In this document: positions 38,394-48,595 of the stretch, piece after piece | How positions within the stretch are numbered: position 1 is the first letter of the stretch | Layout: each line of letters starts with the position of its first letter | Assembly: GCA_038729425.1 (NCBI GenBank) | Contig: JAVYSB010000001.1 | Location: 143,927 to 207,926, forward strand | Direction of reading: 5' to 3' | DNA length: 64,000 nt | Origin: Thermoplasmataceae archaeon | GTDB taxonomy: Archaea > Thermoplasmatota > Thermoplasmata > Thermoplasmatales > Thermoplasmataceae | The notes under the pieces: generated by a model | The model's database searches: none | The model's input: only the letters and a program-made list of their open reading frames with translations | Told to the model about the DNA's origin: nothing | Made by a program: the position numbers and the translations under genes

Positions 38394-39710
38394 TTATGTA
38401 GTTGCCTCAGCTTCATTCATGACTTCACCCCTTTCAAATGGAAGCACCGGCGAATTCTCCAGCATCTTTATGAATCCTACGAGATACATTGAACCAGCTA
38501 TAAGCACATAATCTGATGCTGACCTTGCGTATTCATACGCTTCCTTTGGATCTGATATTACTTTTACGGAAGGGAAGATCTGCCTCGCCGTTTTTGACAG
38601 GCTTTCTGCAGGGAGGGCTCTTGGGGTATCCTGTGGGGTCGTGATTACAATGGTGTCAGAAAGGTACCTTATTGTTGTGAGGAATGAGAAAACGTCTTTG
38701 TCTTCTAGCATTCCAACGAGCAAAAGCGGTTTCTTTCCAACGTGTTTCCTAAACGAAGTCACCAAAGCATGCGCTGCGGGTGGATTGTGAGCACAGTCCA
38801 CCATGACCGTCGGGTCTCTGCGTATTATCTCCATTCTTGCAGGCCACCTTGTTTGACTGATGCCACGTTCAATAAGGTTTCTATTGGGTGTAATAGAGGA
38901 GCCATTTTCCACAGCCAGTACAGATGTAGCAATATTCCTTATCTGGAAATCGCCAATGAGTGGAGTAAAAATTTCATAATTGTCCTGCGGAGTTTTAAGG
39001 CTGAATCTGGTACCACTGTCATTTACCTGAACCGAGGAAATTTCGGTTACTTTCGATACCCTGATAAGTCTGCTGCCTCTTTTCTCCGCCACACTTTTGA
39101 CAGTCCTCACAACCTCATTCTTATCGTCAAGAAGAATTACAGGTACTTTTTCTTTTATAATTCCGGCTTTCTCGTAGGCTATGGAAGTTAAGGAGCACCC
39201 AAGTTTGTCTGAGTGATCATACCCGATATTTGATATGATACTGACCTCTGGATGAATTATATTTGTTGAATCGAGCCTTCCCCCAAGGCCGACCTCGACT
39301 GAAGCCATCTTTACTTTTTTATCTGAAAAATATTTAAATGCCATGACCGTAGTGACCTCAAAAAACGTCGGATTTCTTCCTAAGGCCTTCAGATTCTCAA
39401 TTTCACTTTCATGTTTTTTCATGAATAAGTTGATGTAGTCATCGCTCACGAACCGATCATCGGCTAGTATCCTCTCATTAAATTTGACCAGGTGCGGCGA
39501 TGTGTACATCCCACTCGGCACTGCCTGCTGAAAAATGTTGTAAATAAATGATGTGATGGACCCTTTTCCATTAGTACCTGCAATATGGAGCGATCCAAAA
39601 TCCAGGTCAGGGCTACCTAGCAAGTCAGAAAACATTCTGGTTATACTGAGATCGAGTTTTATGCCTTCTCGGTTGAGACCATAGAGATATTCCAGATTTG
39701 GAAGGGACAC
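38394..39710 (-). CDS. folC: Folylpolyglutamate synthase / dihydrofolate synthase (Mur-ligase family)
   Basis: HIAGTNGKGS P-loop and the Mur-ligase central and C-terminal domain pattern. Length is 438 aa. Confidence 0.8.
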   Translation of the reverse strand: MSLPNLEYLYGLNREGIKLDLSITRMFSDLLGSPDLDFGSLHIAGTNGKGSITSFIYNIFQQAVPSGMYTSPHLVKFNERILADDRFVSDDYINLFMKKHESEIENLKALGRNPTFFEVTTVMAFKYFSDKKVKMASVEVGLGGRLDSTNIIHPEVSIISNIGYDHSDKLGCSLTSIAYEKAGIIKEKVPVILLDDKNEVVRTVKSVAEKRGSRLIRVSKVTEISSVQVNDSGTRFSLKTPQDNYEIFTPLIGDFQIRNIATSVLAVENGSSITPNRNLIERGISQTRWPARMEIIRRDPTVMVDCAHNPPAAHALVTSFRKHVGKKPLLLVGMLEDKDVFSFLTTIRYLSDTIVITTPQDTPRALPAESLSKTARQIFPSVKVISDPKEAYEYARSASDYVLIAGSMYLVGFIKMLENSPVLPFERGEVMNEAEATT

Positions 39711-39790
39711 GGCTGAGGCATAACCAGGTGATTCATATATTTAACCACTGAAAGATTATCCCAGAAACACGCCCTATATACATGCGTTGT

Positions 39791-39817
39791 GTGAACCCTT
39801 TCCCGCTTTTGGTTCAC
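39791..39817 (-). terminator. Stem-loop immediately downstream of ORF 39821-40438
   Basis: A perfect 7-bp inverted repeat gtgaacc/ggttcac with a 13-nt loop begins 4 nt after the stop codon. Confidence 0.3.
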
Positions 39818-39820
39818 CGA

Positions 39821-40438
39821 TTACTTTTCAGAGCTTTCTCTGATTTCTTTCAGCGCTTCCCGATCCCTGCAATAGAGATAGGGTGCAAGATCAAGGGATG
39901 GCGGAGATTTTCCCAATTTCTGACTATAGACGTTTCTTAGGTTTCTATCAACAACATCACAGTAGTCTTTCCAGGTGACACCCAGATGTTCGACATATCT
40001 CTTTTCTATGCCCGTAGCCACTTCGTGAGCATATGGATATTCATAGGCATCATCCGAGAGCCATTTTTCCGGAAGCTCATGATGCAGCCCTATGCTCTCC
40101 CTTGCATCGACTTCTTTTCCCGCAATCTTCATTACTTTAGGAAAATGCTCATCGAGATACATTGTCTTTCCATCGAGAGAATATCCGCCAGTGTATTTAA
40201 TGTCGAAATTTGTGCTCACTCGAACTGATTTTCCGTCCCTAGTCTCTTCTACTGCTCCAATCTTTTTACCGTGGTAAAATACATCCTTTCCATCAACGTC
40301 AACCTCTTCCCCCTTTTCAAGGCGGGTACTAGATGTGAATCTCACGTAAGTCGGATCAAGGAAATTAATTGCAACGATCCGGTAATCCTTTACTCTCCTC
40401 TGATCATTTTCATGTTCAATGACTTCAAATTTTTCCAT
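39821..40438 (-). CDS. Hypothetical protein (205 aa)
   Basis: Clean ORF with no recognisable domain. Confidence 0.45.
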   Translation of the reverse strand: MEKFEVIEHENDQRRVKDYRIVAINFLDPTYVRFTSSTRLEKGEEVDVDGKDVFYHGKKIGAVEETRDGKSVRVSTNFDIKYTGGYSLDGKTMYLDEHFPKVMKIAGKEVDARESIGLHHELPEKWLSDDAYEYPYAHEVATGIEKRYVEHLGVTWKDYCDVVDRNLRNVYSQKLGKSPPSLDLAPYLYCRDREALKEIRESSEK

Positions 40439-40521
40439 AGGTAACTCAGCGAGTCATACTAAAAAGCTTTTTTGATTTCTCTATGAAAAGAATATATAAC
40501 ATTTTGGCTTTTGGAACTGCC

Positions 40522-41238
40522 ATGAAAACAGAACTGCTTTTCCAGAAGGAACCTTTAAGAGAAGAGTGCGACGGCAATGTTGCCTTCGTAGAATTCACGG
40601 ACCTGGTTGTAGATGCTACGGTCCTTTATCCGACAGGTGATGGCCAGCCTAATGATAAGGGAACAGTCACCATAGATGGAAAAGAATTCGAGATTGTCGA
40701 TACCTGGCAGGATGGTACTTGGGTCCATCTTATTTCCCTGGATACATACCCACAGAATATTGTTGGGAAGAAAGTACACCAGAAAGTAAACTGGGATGTC
40801 AGGTATAATCACATGAGATTTAGGACCGCCCTTTATATCATCAAGGGACTTGCCTATAGGCATCTTGGAGCGGCAGTGAGAATCAACCAAACCTACGATG
40901 ACCAGGCCTGGTTCGACCTCAGTTTCGAGGGAGACCTGACTGAAGAACAGGTGAAAAAACTTGAAAACGATGCAAACGACCTAGTCCAAAAAAAGCTGGC
41001 CGTGGATTATTCCTACGTCAAGAAGGATCAGTTCAGCGCAAACGCTGAGATGGTCAAGACCAACTGGGAAAAGGTGCCAGATTACGACAGTATAAGGGTT
41101 GTGAAGATTGGTGACCTTCCCTATATGCATGACATCGGGACCCAGGTGACTAACACCTATGAAGTTGGAAAAATTATGTTTAAGACAACAATGGTCAAGG
41201 GTAAACTCAGTAAGAGAATAACTATAACACTTGAATGA
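40522..41238 (+). CDS. AlaX-M-like (alanyl-tRNA editing domain) protein with degenerate zinc-binding motifs
   Basis: The N-terminus VLYPTGDGQPNDKGTV resembles the AlaRS/AlaX N-domain. Where HxxxH and CxxxH are expected, the sequence reads MRFRTALYII and MHDIGTQVT. Confidence 0.55.
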   Translation: MKTELLFQKEPLREECDGNVAFVEFTDLVVDATVLYPTGDGQPNDKGTVTIDGKEFEIVDTWQDGTWVHLISLDTYPQNIVGKKVHQKVNWDVRYNHMRFRTALYIIKGLAYRHLGAAVRINQTYDDQAWFDLSFEGDLTEEQVKKLENDANDLVQKKLAVDYSYVKKDQFSANAEMVKTNWEKVPDYDSIRVVKIGDLPYMHDIGTQVTNTYEVGKIMFKTTMVKGKLSKRITITLE

Positions 41239-41277
41239 ATCCTTGGGCAGTTTGTCTATGGAGGTTTAGATCTATCT

Positions 41278-42357
41278 TTGAGAGAACACAGGGATATCCC
41301 CGCCACTGTGACTATCTATTTCGGCTTGGCTGCCATATTCGTGGCGACAATCCTATTCCTAGTCTTGATTCCTTCGACTCTAACAGATATACCTGATATC
41401 CTGAACCAGCCGACTTCCGCATATCTCCTGTTTGGGATTTCCGTGGATGGATCCGTGGTAATTTTATTGCTTGTTCTGGTCGTGGCTGTACTTGCCTCGT
41501 CTATTTATCTGGTTATATTCAGACAAATAGGAAAAGTCTCTGAAAGCGAAAGCGGCCGATCTGACTTCTTCCGGTTCTTCTCCATTTTTGTGCTTGTAGA
41601 ATATCTAATATCTGCGGTTTCAGAACTGGTCCCCGGAAACTCTGTCCCAGAGGTATACAGTCAGTCTCTTGGGGTTCAAAACTTCGTGTTTTCTGTGTCC
41701 ACACTGAGTGAGCTCTTGATCTTACAATTTATCCCCTTATTCATTATGGTTTCTATCTATTTTGCTGCAACTAGAAAATTAACGTTTTCCAACATTATGC
41801 ATCCTTACAAAATAATGAAAAAAGATATAATGCTGCCAGCTGTCATAGCATCTGCTGTTACTGCAGCCTTGATTTCTCAGGATTATGTCAATGCCTTTTT
41901 CAACCTTCTAGCCTTTCTGGTGCTGGATTACATCTATCTCAGATTCGGAATATTTCAGGCATTTCTCGCTGGCTTTACCGTAACTATGCTTGGTATTCTG
42001 ACAGCGCTTTCAACTATCCCCCTGCTTTCACTTGGGGTGGTGGTTTTCATTACACTCTGGTCCCTTATCGGGCTATTCAACACCATGAGAGCATCCGCGA
42101 ATAGACGACCCCAGAAACTTCATAATCTTCAACCCGAAGACGCGTTGGGAGCCACTCTGCCCCCTGTACCTAAACCGGTTTATGCAGAAAGCAATATGAT
42201 CTGGATCAGGAGCACCTGCCCTAATTGCGGAAATGCCAGCTTCTATATCCGCGAAAGTATGCAGCTTGAATGCATGAAATGCCACCACACCCTGAGCAGG
42301 GATGCTGTGGGACCGGCCAATATAATACTGGAGCAGAGAAGAGCCCTGAGAGTTTAA
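41278..42357 (+). CDS. Polytopic membrane protein with a C-terminal cytoplasmic zinc ribbon
   Basis: Multiple TM helices followed by CPNCGNASFYIRESMQLECMKCHH. It has a TTG start. No known family. Confidence 0.5.
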   Translation: MREHRDIPATVTIYFGLAAIFVATILFLVLIPSTLTDIPDILNQPTSAYLLFGISVDGSVVILLLVLVVAVLASSIYLVIFRQIGKVSESESGRSDFFRFFSIFVLVEYLISAVSELVPGNSVPEVYSQSLGVQNFVFSVSTLSELLILQFIPLFIMVSIYFAATRKLTFSNIMHPYKIMKKDIMLPAVIASAVTAALISQDYVNAFFNLLAFLVLDYIYLRFGIFQAFLAGFTVTMLGILTALSTIPLLSLGVVVFITLWSLIGLFNTMRASANRRPQKLHNLQPEDALGATLPPVPKPVYAESNMIWIRSTCPNCGNASFYIRESMQLECMKCHHTLSRDAVGPANIILEQRRALRV

Positions 42358-42380
42358 GTTCAATGTTTTCCTTTTCCAAA

Positions 42381-43478
42381 CTAAAGGCTATTGTTCGTGG
42401 GCTCAATTTCAATTGCTTTAATCATTCCCTCTATTATCATGTAAACTGCATAGATGATGGGAATGGTGAAAGTTATGACAATAGCTAAGTTTCCAAATAT
42501 CTGAAATGCTGAACCTAGAATAAACGAGCCTATCGCAGTGCCGGTAGCGAAGAATCCTTCGTATGTAAGTATCCCTATTCTCGCGGATGATCTTTCCGAG
42601 ATATACGCCAATATCTTTGAAAACGCTATTGAAATTCCGATTCCAGCCCCAACCAGTGCCAGTATTATTACAAGGAGATTACCGGTGAGGGCTGTGATCA
42701 ATGGCAACCCCAGAAGGAATGATGACACTGCGGAAAGCGCGTAGATGCTCCGTTTACCGGTGAAATTCATTATGATGAAACCAATTGCTGATGAAATGCT
42801 GAAAATTGTGATGGTTATACCGATAAGAACGTAGCTCTCTCCCCTTATCCTGAAGATTGGCACTAGTACATATGAAACAAAACCGGCCACAAGCCCGCTG
42901 AAGATCATAGGTATTATGAATTTCAACCGAAAACCTGAACCAATCCCTTTTGTTGACGATGAAGTGTATTTTGGCCTGAACATCGACCCAGAGATAAGCA
43001 GCAGAAATGCTACAAGGAAAAGAATCCTGAACCCGAATGACTGTATGATAATTCCAGAAATAATGGGCATCGCGGCACTGGGTACCCCCCAAGCTGTGGA
43101 ATATTTTTCAGCCTCAAGGTTTTCTCCCCCTGTCCCGAGCAGCATTTCCATTGCGACCCAGTAAAAAGCCTCCAGAAGATCCGCGACCGCTATAAGTATT
43201 ACTATCATGTTTCTGGATTGAAAAATGAAAATTACGGCCATCAGAGAAACGATAAATGGAATGAGTACGATCTGTATATTTAGAATCTTCTCCTTTAGAT
43301 ACAGGTCGACGACTGCTGCTACAATAAAAGGGTAGGCAACTAAAAAGCCTAGAAAACCAGTAAGACTGTAGCTGAAATTATACTGGACTGCAAGGAGTGG
43401 AAAGGAGAAACTGAGTCCGAACCATCCAAGAGCAAAAAAAGCACTGGAAAATACCATCTTTCTGGTATTCGCCTTCAC
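42381..43478 (-). CDS. MFS-type transporter
   Basis: 365 aa, about 10-12 TM, with MFS-like loop spacing. I did not see a specific substrate signature. Confidence 0.55.
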   Translation of the reverse strand: MKANTRKMVFSSAFFALGWFGLSFSFPLLAVQYNFSYSLTGFLGFLVAYPFIVAAVVDLYLKEKILNIQIVLIPFIVSLMAVIFIFQSRNMIVILIAVADLLEAFYWVAMEMLLGTGGENLEAEKYSTAWGVPSAAMPIISGIIIQSFGFRILFLVAFLLLISGSMFRPKYTSSSTKGIGSGFRLKFIIPMIFSGLVAGFVSYVLVPIFRIRGESYVLIGITITIFSISSAIGFIIMNFTGKRSIYALSAVSSFLLGLPLITALTGNLLVIILALVGAGIGISIAFSKILAYISERSSARIGILTYEGFFATGTAIGSFILGSAFQIFGNLAIVITFTIPIIYAVYMIIEGMIKAIEIEPTNNSL

Positions 43479-43511
43479 GGACGGCGTATCGTGACTTTGG
43501 ATTTAATGCTT

Positions 43512-43673
43512 TTACTGCAATTTCCCCAGTTTCACTCCATCATCATCGTAAAAGGCAAGTATGTCACCATCATTCAGGCCCAGCCTGCTGGCGACCTTTC
43601 TTGGGATGGTGATTCTATACGATGTGCCTCTCGCCGAGACGTGAGAAACATCTATTATTGGCTTTTTGTCCAT
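43512..43673 (-). CDS. AbrB/MazE/SpoVT-family DNA-binding protein (53 aa)
   Basis: My manual translation gives MDKKPIIDVSHVSARGTSYRITIPRKVASRLGLNDGDILAFYDDDGVKLGKLQ*. The swapped-hairpin signature is ITIPxxVxxxLGLxxGD. A TATA-like tttatataaa lies about 25-30 nt upstream. It falls below the ORF-track cut-off. Confidence 0.65.
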   Translation of the reverse strand: MDKKPIIDVSHVSARGTSYRITIPRKVASRLGLNDGDILAFYDDDGVKLGKLQ

Positions 43674-43863
43674 GATGGTACAAGTCAATCATTTATATAA
43701 AGTGTACATAGGTGACGTTATGTAATCTATGGGTATTTCCCAATAATTCCCATTGTGGACTTCCAAGATTTACGAATATTCCATTAAACAAACATTACCG
43801 GAGTGAGGGATTTTGAAAGCACAAAATTCAACTAGCTCAATCCACACAACGTAATCGCCGACT

Positions 43864-43872
43864 TTTTATATC
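43864..43872 (+). promoter_or_regulatory. TATA-like box upstream of rpl10e
   Basis: tttttatat lies 24-32 nt upstream of ATG 43896. Confidence 0.4.
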
Positions 43873-43895
43873 CGAGAAACCTATCCCATATTAAT

Positions 43896-44426
43896 ATGTC
43901 AAGAAAGCCAGCGCGAATGTATACACATATTTCGGGCCCCGCATATACACGCAGGGATTTCATGGGAGGAGTACCCTATCCAAAGATTACTACGTTTGTC
44001 CAAGGAAATCAGAAAGCTGATTTTGATATAGAAATGCAACTCGTGGCAAAGGAGGCATGCCAAATCAGGCATACTGCGCTTGAGGCTGCTAGGATCTCGG
44101 TAAACAGGAAACTGCTGGAGAATTTCGGTGTTGATGGCTATTTCCTCCAGATCAGACCTTATCCTCACCAAGTTTTGAGGGAGCACAAGATGGCAACCGG
44201 TGCTGGAGCTGATAGGATATCGAGTGGAATGAAATTGTCCTTTGGCAGGCCGGTGGGAACAGCTGCGAGAGTCCATGAGGATGATATTTTAATGGTCGGA
44301 AGGATTAACGCAGCCGGTGCAAAGCAATTGAAAGATGCCCTGCACAAAGCTTCAATAAAACTGCCTACACCATGTACAATCCGGATATCCAAAGGAAAAG
44401 AGATCGCAGGAAAGATTGGAGTCTAA
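43896..44426 (+). CDS. rpl10e: 50S ribosomal protein L10e (uL16)
   Basis: MSRKPARMYTHISGPAYTRRDFMGGVP... Length is 176 aa. Confidence 0.9.
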   Translation: MSRKPARMYTHISGPAYTRRDFMGGVPYPKITTFVQGNQKADFDIEMQLVAKEACQIRHTALEAARISVNRKLLENFGVDGYFLQIRPYPHQVLREHKMATGAGADRISSGMKLSFGRPVGTAARVHEDDILMVGRINAAGAKQLKDALHKASIKLPTPCTIRISKGKEIAGKIGV

Positions 44427-44511
44427 TCCCTTCAATCTGCGTTTTTTGAAAATTTGCTTATGTTATTTTATATCTCGCTCTTATAGGCAATATTTGTTGT
44501 TTTATTCCGGG

Positions 44512-45783
44512 CTATTCGTATATTTTCTCTTCGACGAGTTTGAAATCCAGCGCATCCTGTTCAACGACTCTCCTATCAGCCCAGTAATCTGGCCTAGACA
44601 TTTCTCTTACAAACTCATGCTGGATGATCATCTTCATAACCTCGCTGCTGCCTGTCCATATGAGCCCAAGCCTGGCATCCCTTAAGAGCCTTTCAATAGG
44701 GTAGACAGTTGTATACCCTATCCCGCCCATGATCTGCATTGCGGAGTTTACCGCCTCCCACATCGCCTCTGTTGAATTTAATTTAGCCATCGAGATCAGC
44801 TTCCTGGCATACGGCATGGTTATTTTTCCGGCTTCAAGATTATCTGCAGCCTTGCAAGCCTCGTAAACTAGTGCTGCAGAGCTTGAAAGAGCAGTCAAGC
44901 TTTCAGCAATTTTGAAACTTACCCCTTCGTGATCTATGAGCTTGCTTCCGAATGCTTTCCTCCTGAGGGCGTAGCTTGCAGCTATCTCGAGAGCCGCCAT
45001 TCCAACGCCTATTGATCCGGAGGAGGTAGTGAGCCGCTCAGGAATCATCATGGCGTTGAATATGTCGTACCCTCCGTTCAGTTCTCCTATAAGGTTTTCT
45101 TCAGGTATCACAGCATCTTTGAACACAATTCTTGCGGTTCCGCCGCCCTTATTGCCCATAAGCCCATACATAGTCTCGACTTTCAATCCAGGTGTATTTC
45201 TGTCAACAATAAATGCACTCACACCTCTTGTCCTATTCTGAACTGAGAGATCGCTAAGCGCGTACGAGACGAAAAAATCGGCTCCTAGTCCACCCACAAT
45301 AAAACGTTTCTGTCCATTGAGAATGTACGATCTGCCTTTTTTGACAGCAGTAGTTTTCATCATTCCAAACAGATCAGAACCACCAGAAGGTTCAGTGATC
45401 GCTTCAGCGCCATAGAGATTCCCGGACGTTATTCCCCGTAGATATTTTTGTTTCTGCTCCTCTGTTCCAAATTTATTAATTGGTTCTCCCACGATTGTTC
45501 CAAGCGAATACATACAGCTCAGGGTGAAGCCAAGATAACCCATCTGCTCAACAGCCGCCATATCTGCAACCCATGATGCCCCCCTGCCACCGTACCTTAC
45601 AGGAAATCTAAGCCCAAGAAGGTTTTCTCTTGCGCTGATCTCAATGAACTCCTTTGGAAACCTCACAGTTTCGGCCTCCATTGATCTTATCATGTCTGCA
45701 GGTACTCCCTTAACTGTCCTTTTGGCCAAATTCTTTATATTTAACTCATCAGGGGTCAGTAGAAAATCATCCACATCAAACAC
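44512..45783 (-). CDS. Acyl-CoA dehydrogenase family protein
   Basis: 423 aa with the ACAD three-domain pattern (AITEPSGGSDL..., C-terminal IWTGSSEVMK). Confidence 0.75.
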   Translation of the reverse strand: MFDVDDFLLTPDELNIKNLAKRTVKGVPADMIRSMEAETVRFPKEFIEISARENLLGLRFPVRYGGRGASWVADMAAVEQMGYLGFTLSCMYSLGTIVGEPINKFGTEEQKQKYLRGITSGNLYGAEAITEPSGGSDLFGMMKTTAVKKGRSYILNGQKRFIVGGLGADFFVSYALSDLSVQNRTRGVSAFIVDRNTPGLKVETMYGLMGNKGGGTARIVFKDAVIPEENLIGELNGGYDIFNAMMIPERLTTSSGSIGVGMAALEIAASYALRRKAFGSKLIDHEGVSFKIAESLTALSSSAALVYEACKAADNLEAGKITMPYARKLISMAKLNSTEAMWEAVNSAMQIMGGIGYTTVYPIERLLRDARLGLIWTGSSEVMKMIIQHEFVREMSRPDYWADRRVVEQDALDFKLVEEKIYE

Positions 45784-45985
45784 TTCCGCTTTACTTTACA
45801 GCAAAGTATTTTATCTATTTTTGCTGTCCTACATTTTAATAATATTCGCAGCCCAAAGACTGTCAAGATTGATGATACTGATGTTAAGTAGTGCAGCTTA
45901 TGCCCAAGGTTACTCGAACTATCCAGACATGAGGTGGATAGTTCATAAAGTTGGCGGAACTGTGGTGGAATACCGCCAAAATTGC

Positions 45986-46900
45986 CTAGAAATCGCGTTT
46001 TATGCCAGAGGTCTCCCTGGTTCCAATGAAATCCTGTATAAGCTTCGCGGCAAGCATTGACGTGTTGCCATTGTCATAGAGAGGCGTAAATTCCAGAACG
46101 TCAAATCCCACTGCTCTCCTGGCAAATGCATTTACGACCCTTCTGACATCAGTATCGGAGAGCCCATAGGGCTCAGGGGTCCCAACGCCAGGGGCAAATG
46201 CAGGATCGATGCCATCCATGTCAATGGAAATGTACACATTTCCCTTCACAGACGCATTTATTTGTTCTATGACCCATTCTATGCCCTTTTCCCTAACCAG
46301 TCTTGATCCAAAGAATCTCACCTTGCTGAAATCAGGTGAATCGTACTCCTCCTTGGAGATTGACCTGGTACCGATTGAAAAAATTCTTCCTGGCCCGAGT
46401 ATCTCTAGGCTCCTTCTTGTTACGCAAGCATGATTGTTCCTATTTCCCATATAGGATTCACGGAAATCAGAGTGCGCATCTATTATTATCATGCTTATGT
46501 CTTTGAGGTTTCTTATGACTCCAGTGGTTATGGAATGTTCACCGCCTATCATGATTGGGATCTTGCCGTCGGAGAGAATTACAGAGGTAGCTTCCTGCAC
46601 GGAATCGACAACTTCTCCTGCGTCCTCGCCGACTTCAAGGTTTCCAATGTCCGAAATTGGTATCTCTTGAAAATTTACACCATAATAGGGGTCGAACGAT
46701 TCCAGGTTATCATACGAATACCGCACGCTGTCTGGCCCAAGCCGAGATCCTCTACGAAAACTTGATGTTCCATCAAATGGGACGCCGAATACCACATACT
46801 TTGATTTAGAATATGCGAAGTGCGCATCTGGAAGTTTTGAACTTCTGAAGAGATAGCTCAGTTCTGGAACATTATCTTCTTCTTGCCCATGGTCTCCCAA
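45986..46900 (-). CDS. speB: Agmatinase (arginase/ureohydrolase family)
   Basis: [28 protein letters not shown] and [20 protein letters not shown] motifs. It apparently starts at a TTG that overlaps the aIF5A 3' end by 43 nt, so the start is uncertain. Confidence 0.85.
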   Translation of the reverse strand: MGDHGQEEDNVPELSYLFRSSKLPDAHFAYSKSKYVVFGVPFDGTSSFRRGSRLGPDSVRYSYDNLESFDPYYGVNFQEIPISDIGNLEVGEDAGEVVDSVQEATSVILSDGKIPIMIGGEHSITTGVIRNLKDISMIIIDAHSDFRESYMGNRNNHACVTRRSLEILGPGRIFSIGTRSISKEEYDSPDFSKVRFFGSRLVREKGIEWVIEQINASVKGNVYISIDMDGIDPAFAPGVGTPEPYGLSDTDVRRVVNAFARRAVGFDVLEFTPLYDNGNTSMLAAKLIQDFIGTRETSGIKRDF

Positions 46901-47247
46901 TATGGTACCTCCGTACCGGGTTTGACTCTAGCTGCATCTTCCGGAGACAACGAAATGAAGAATGTCTCGAATGTCTCTGAGTCCATCAACTGGGCTTCGT
47001 TGTTTGCAACCGAAAGAACCTGTGCATTCTTCTTCTCTATGATCGGTACCTTGACCTTGTGCTTGACCGGATACACAACGCTGTGTTTCTGGTCATCGAA
47101 TATACCAATTGCGACTATTCTTCCCTTAGCCTCGCCGTGTTTACCAGGCTTAGACATCGTTATTTCCATGATCTTGCAAGGGGAGTCGTCTATAAGCATG
47201 TACCTTCCAACTTTCAATTCCCTAACTTCGGCTTCCTGCCAGCTCAT
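46858..47247 (-). CDS. eif5a: Translation initiation factor 5A (aIF5A)
   Basis: [43 protein letters not shown] includes the hypusination loop GKHG. I chose the internal ATG at 47247, giving 129 aa. Confidence 0.9.
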   Translation of the reverse strand: MSWQEAEVRELKVGRYMLIDDSPCKIMEITMSKPGKHGEAKGRIVAIGIFDDQKHSVVYPVKHKVKVPIIEKKNAQVLSVANNEAQLMDSETFETFFISLSPEDAARVKPGTEVPYWETMGKKKIMFQN

Positions 47248-47320
47248 TATAATTCCCAGAGCGATCGTCTCTGTGCTTATATACTTTGCCAGATTTATTT
47301 CCTGAAGAGAATATTTAGCC

Positions 47321-48589
47321 TTAATAGAATTCCTGCTCACTCTGCACTCCGGCGAATGGCTTTACGAGCGCACCGTTATCTTTCAGCACTGATCCGTTGA
47401 CCAAAACGTATTTCACGTTGGAAGGGTTCGCCGAATACACAATATTGCTGACGGCGTTCTCAGCCTTCGTGGGCATAAGATTTGGCATCCTGGAATCTAT
47501 GAGAACAATGTCTGCGAGTTTTCCCTGCTCAATCGACCCTAGTAGGTCGCCATGGTCAAGGGCTTTTGCCGCGTTTACAGTGCACATGTCGAGGATGGTC
47601 TGAGCCGCGATTATGGCGGGATCCCATCGATCATTCTTAATCCACAGTGCGGAAAATTTCATTGCCTCGAACATATCGAGGGAGTTGTTGCTGCCAGAGC
47701 TGTCTGTGCCTACAGACACTGTAATGCCGCTTTCAAGCATCTCCGGCACAGGGGCTATGCCGCCAACACCGAGTTTTCCATTGCTTATTGAATTCCATGA
47801 CACTTTTACACTGTTCCTGGCCATTTGCCTGATCTCGCTCAGTGTAACCCAGACAGAATGTGCAGCAAGTACCTTGGGATTGAGAAAGCCGATTTCATTC
47901 AGGTGTTCAGTAGGTCTCTTACCATTGCTCTTCCTAACGTAGTCGTAGACTTCTTTCCTGGTTTCGGCCAGGTGCGTGTGTATTATTGTTCCGTGCCTTT
48001 CAGCGACTTCTCTGACCCTGAAGTAATTCTCATCGCTGCTGACATATATTCCCTGAACACCCACGGATGGATATACAAGTTCCCTGCCGGAATGGGTGGA
48101 AATGAAGTGATCAGCGTTCTTCACTGGGTTGCCCTTCTGTGTGGTGAATTCCTCGTCAAGGGTGTTCCATGAGAGAAATCCGCGGATCCCAGAATCTTCC
48201 ACTGCCTTGGAGATTACGTCCTCAGAATAATATAGATCCGCGAAGGACGTGATACCGTTAGTGATCATTTCGTCAATGCCCAGCCTCGAAGAATTGTAGA
48301 TGCCACTTTCTGTCCTTTCACCGTCCAGTGAGAAAGTTTTCTCCAGAAAGCTTTCAAGAGATATATCATCGAGTTTTCCCTTAAGGTGTGACATTGCAAC
48401 ATGGGCATGCGTGTTAATTAATCCCGGAATGGCTATCATTCCGGTAGCATCGATAACCCTGTCTGCATCCTGTGTTTTTCCGTTTACACCAGAAATTCTG
48501 TTTCCCTCAATTAGAATATTAGCTATCCTGATGTTTCGTTCGGCGTCCTGAGTAACTGTAAGGGCATTCTTTATGAGAATCGATGCCAT
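47321..48589 (-). CDS. mtaD: Amidohydrolase of the MTA/SAH deaminase (MtaD) / chlorohydrolase type
   Basis: IKNALTV...[14 protein letters not shown] and later the HLAET and GTDS motifs. Length is 422 aa. Confidence 0.65.
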   Translation of the reverse strand: MASILIKNALTVTQDAERNIRIANILIEGNRISGVNGKTQDADRVIDATGMIAIPGLINTHAHVAMSHLKGKLDDISLESFLEKTFSLDGERTESGIYNSSRLGIDEMITNGITSFADLYYSEDVISKAVEDSGIRGFLSWNTLDEEFTTQKGNPVKNADHFISTHSGRELVYPSVGVQGIYVSSDENYFRVREVAERHGTIIHTHLAETRKEVYDYVRKSNGKRPTEHLNEIGFLNPKVLAAHSVWVTLSEIRQMARNSVKVSWNSISNGKLGVGGIAPVPEMLESGITVSVGTDSSGSNNSLDMFEAMKFSALWIKNDRWDPAIIAAQTILDMCTVNAAKALDHGDLLGSIEQGKLADIVLIDSRMPNLMPTKAENAVSNIVYSANPSNVKYVLVNGSVLKDNGALVKPFAGVQSEQEFY

Positions 48590-48595
48590 GATACC

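Noticed and set aside
43491-43700. 69-aa plus-strand ORF from the ORF track.
   Set aside because: It is antisense to the much more convincing 53-aa AbrB/SpoVT-like gene at 43512-43673.
46858-47340. Long N-terminal extensions suggested by the ORF track for aIF5A (160 aa). Similar extensions are suggested for csl4 (57462), CoxI (26136), OFOR-beta (34004), the thioesterase (20273) and the small oxidase-operon protein (26905).
   Set aside because: The conserved family N-termini begin at internal ATG codons. Those codons also give ATGA/TGATG-type coupling or sit about 25 nt from a TATA-like box. The extensions overlap neighbouring genes or AT-rich promoter DNA.
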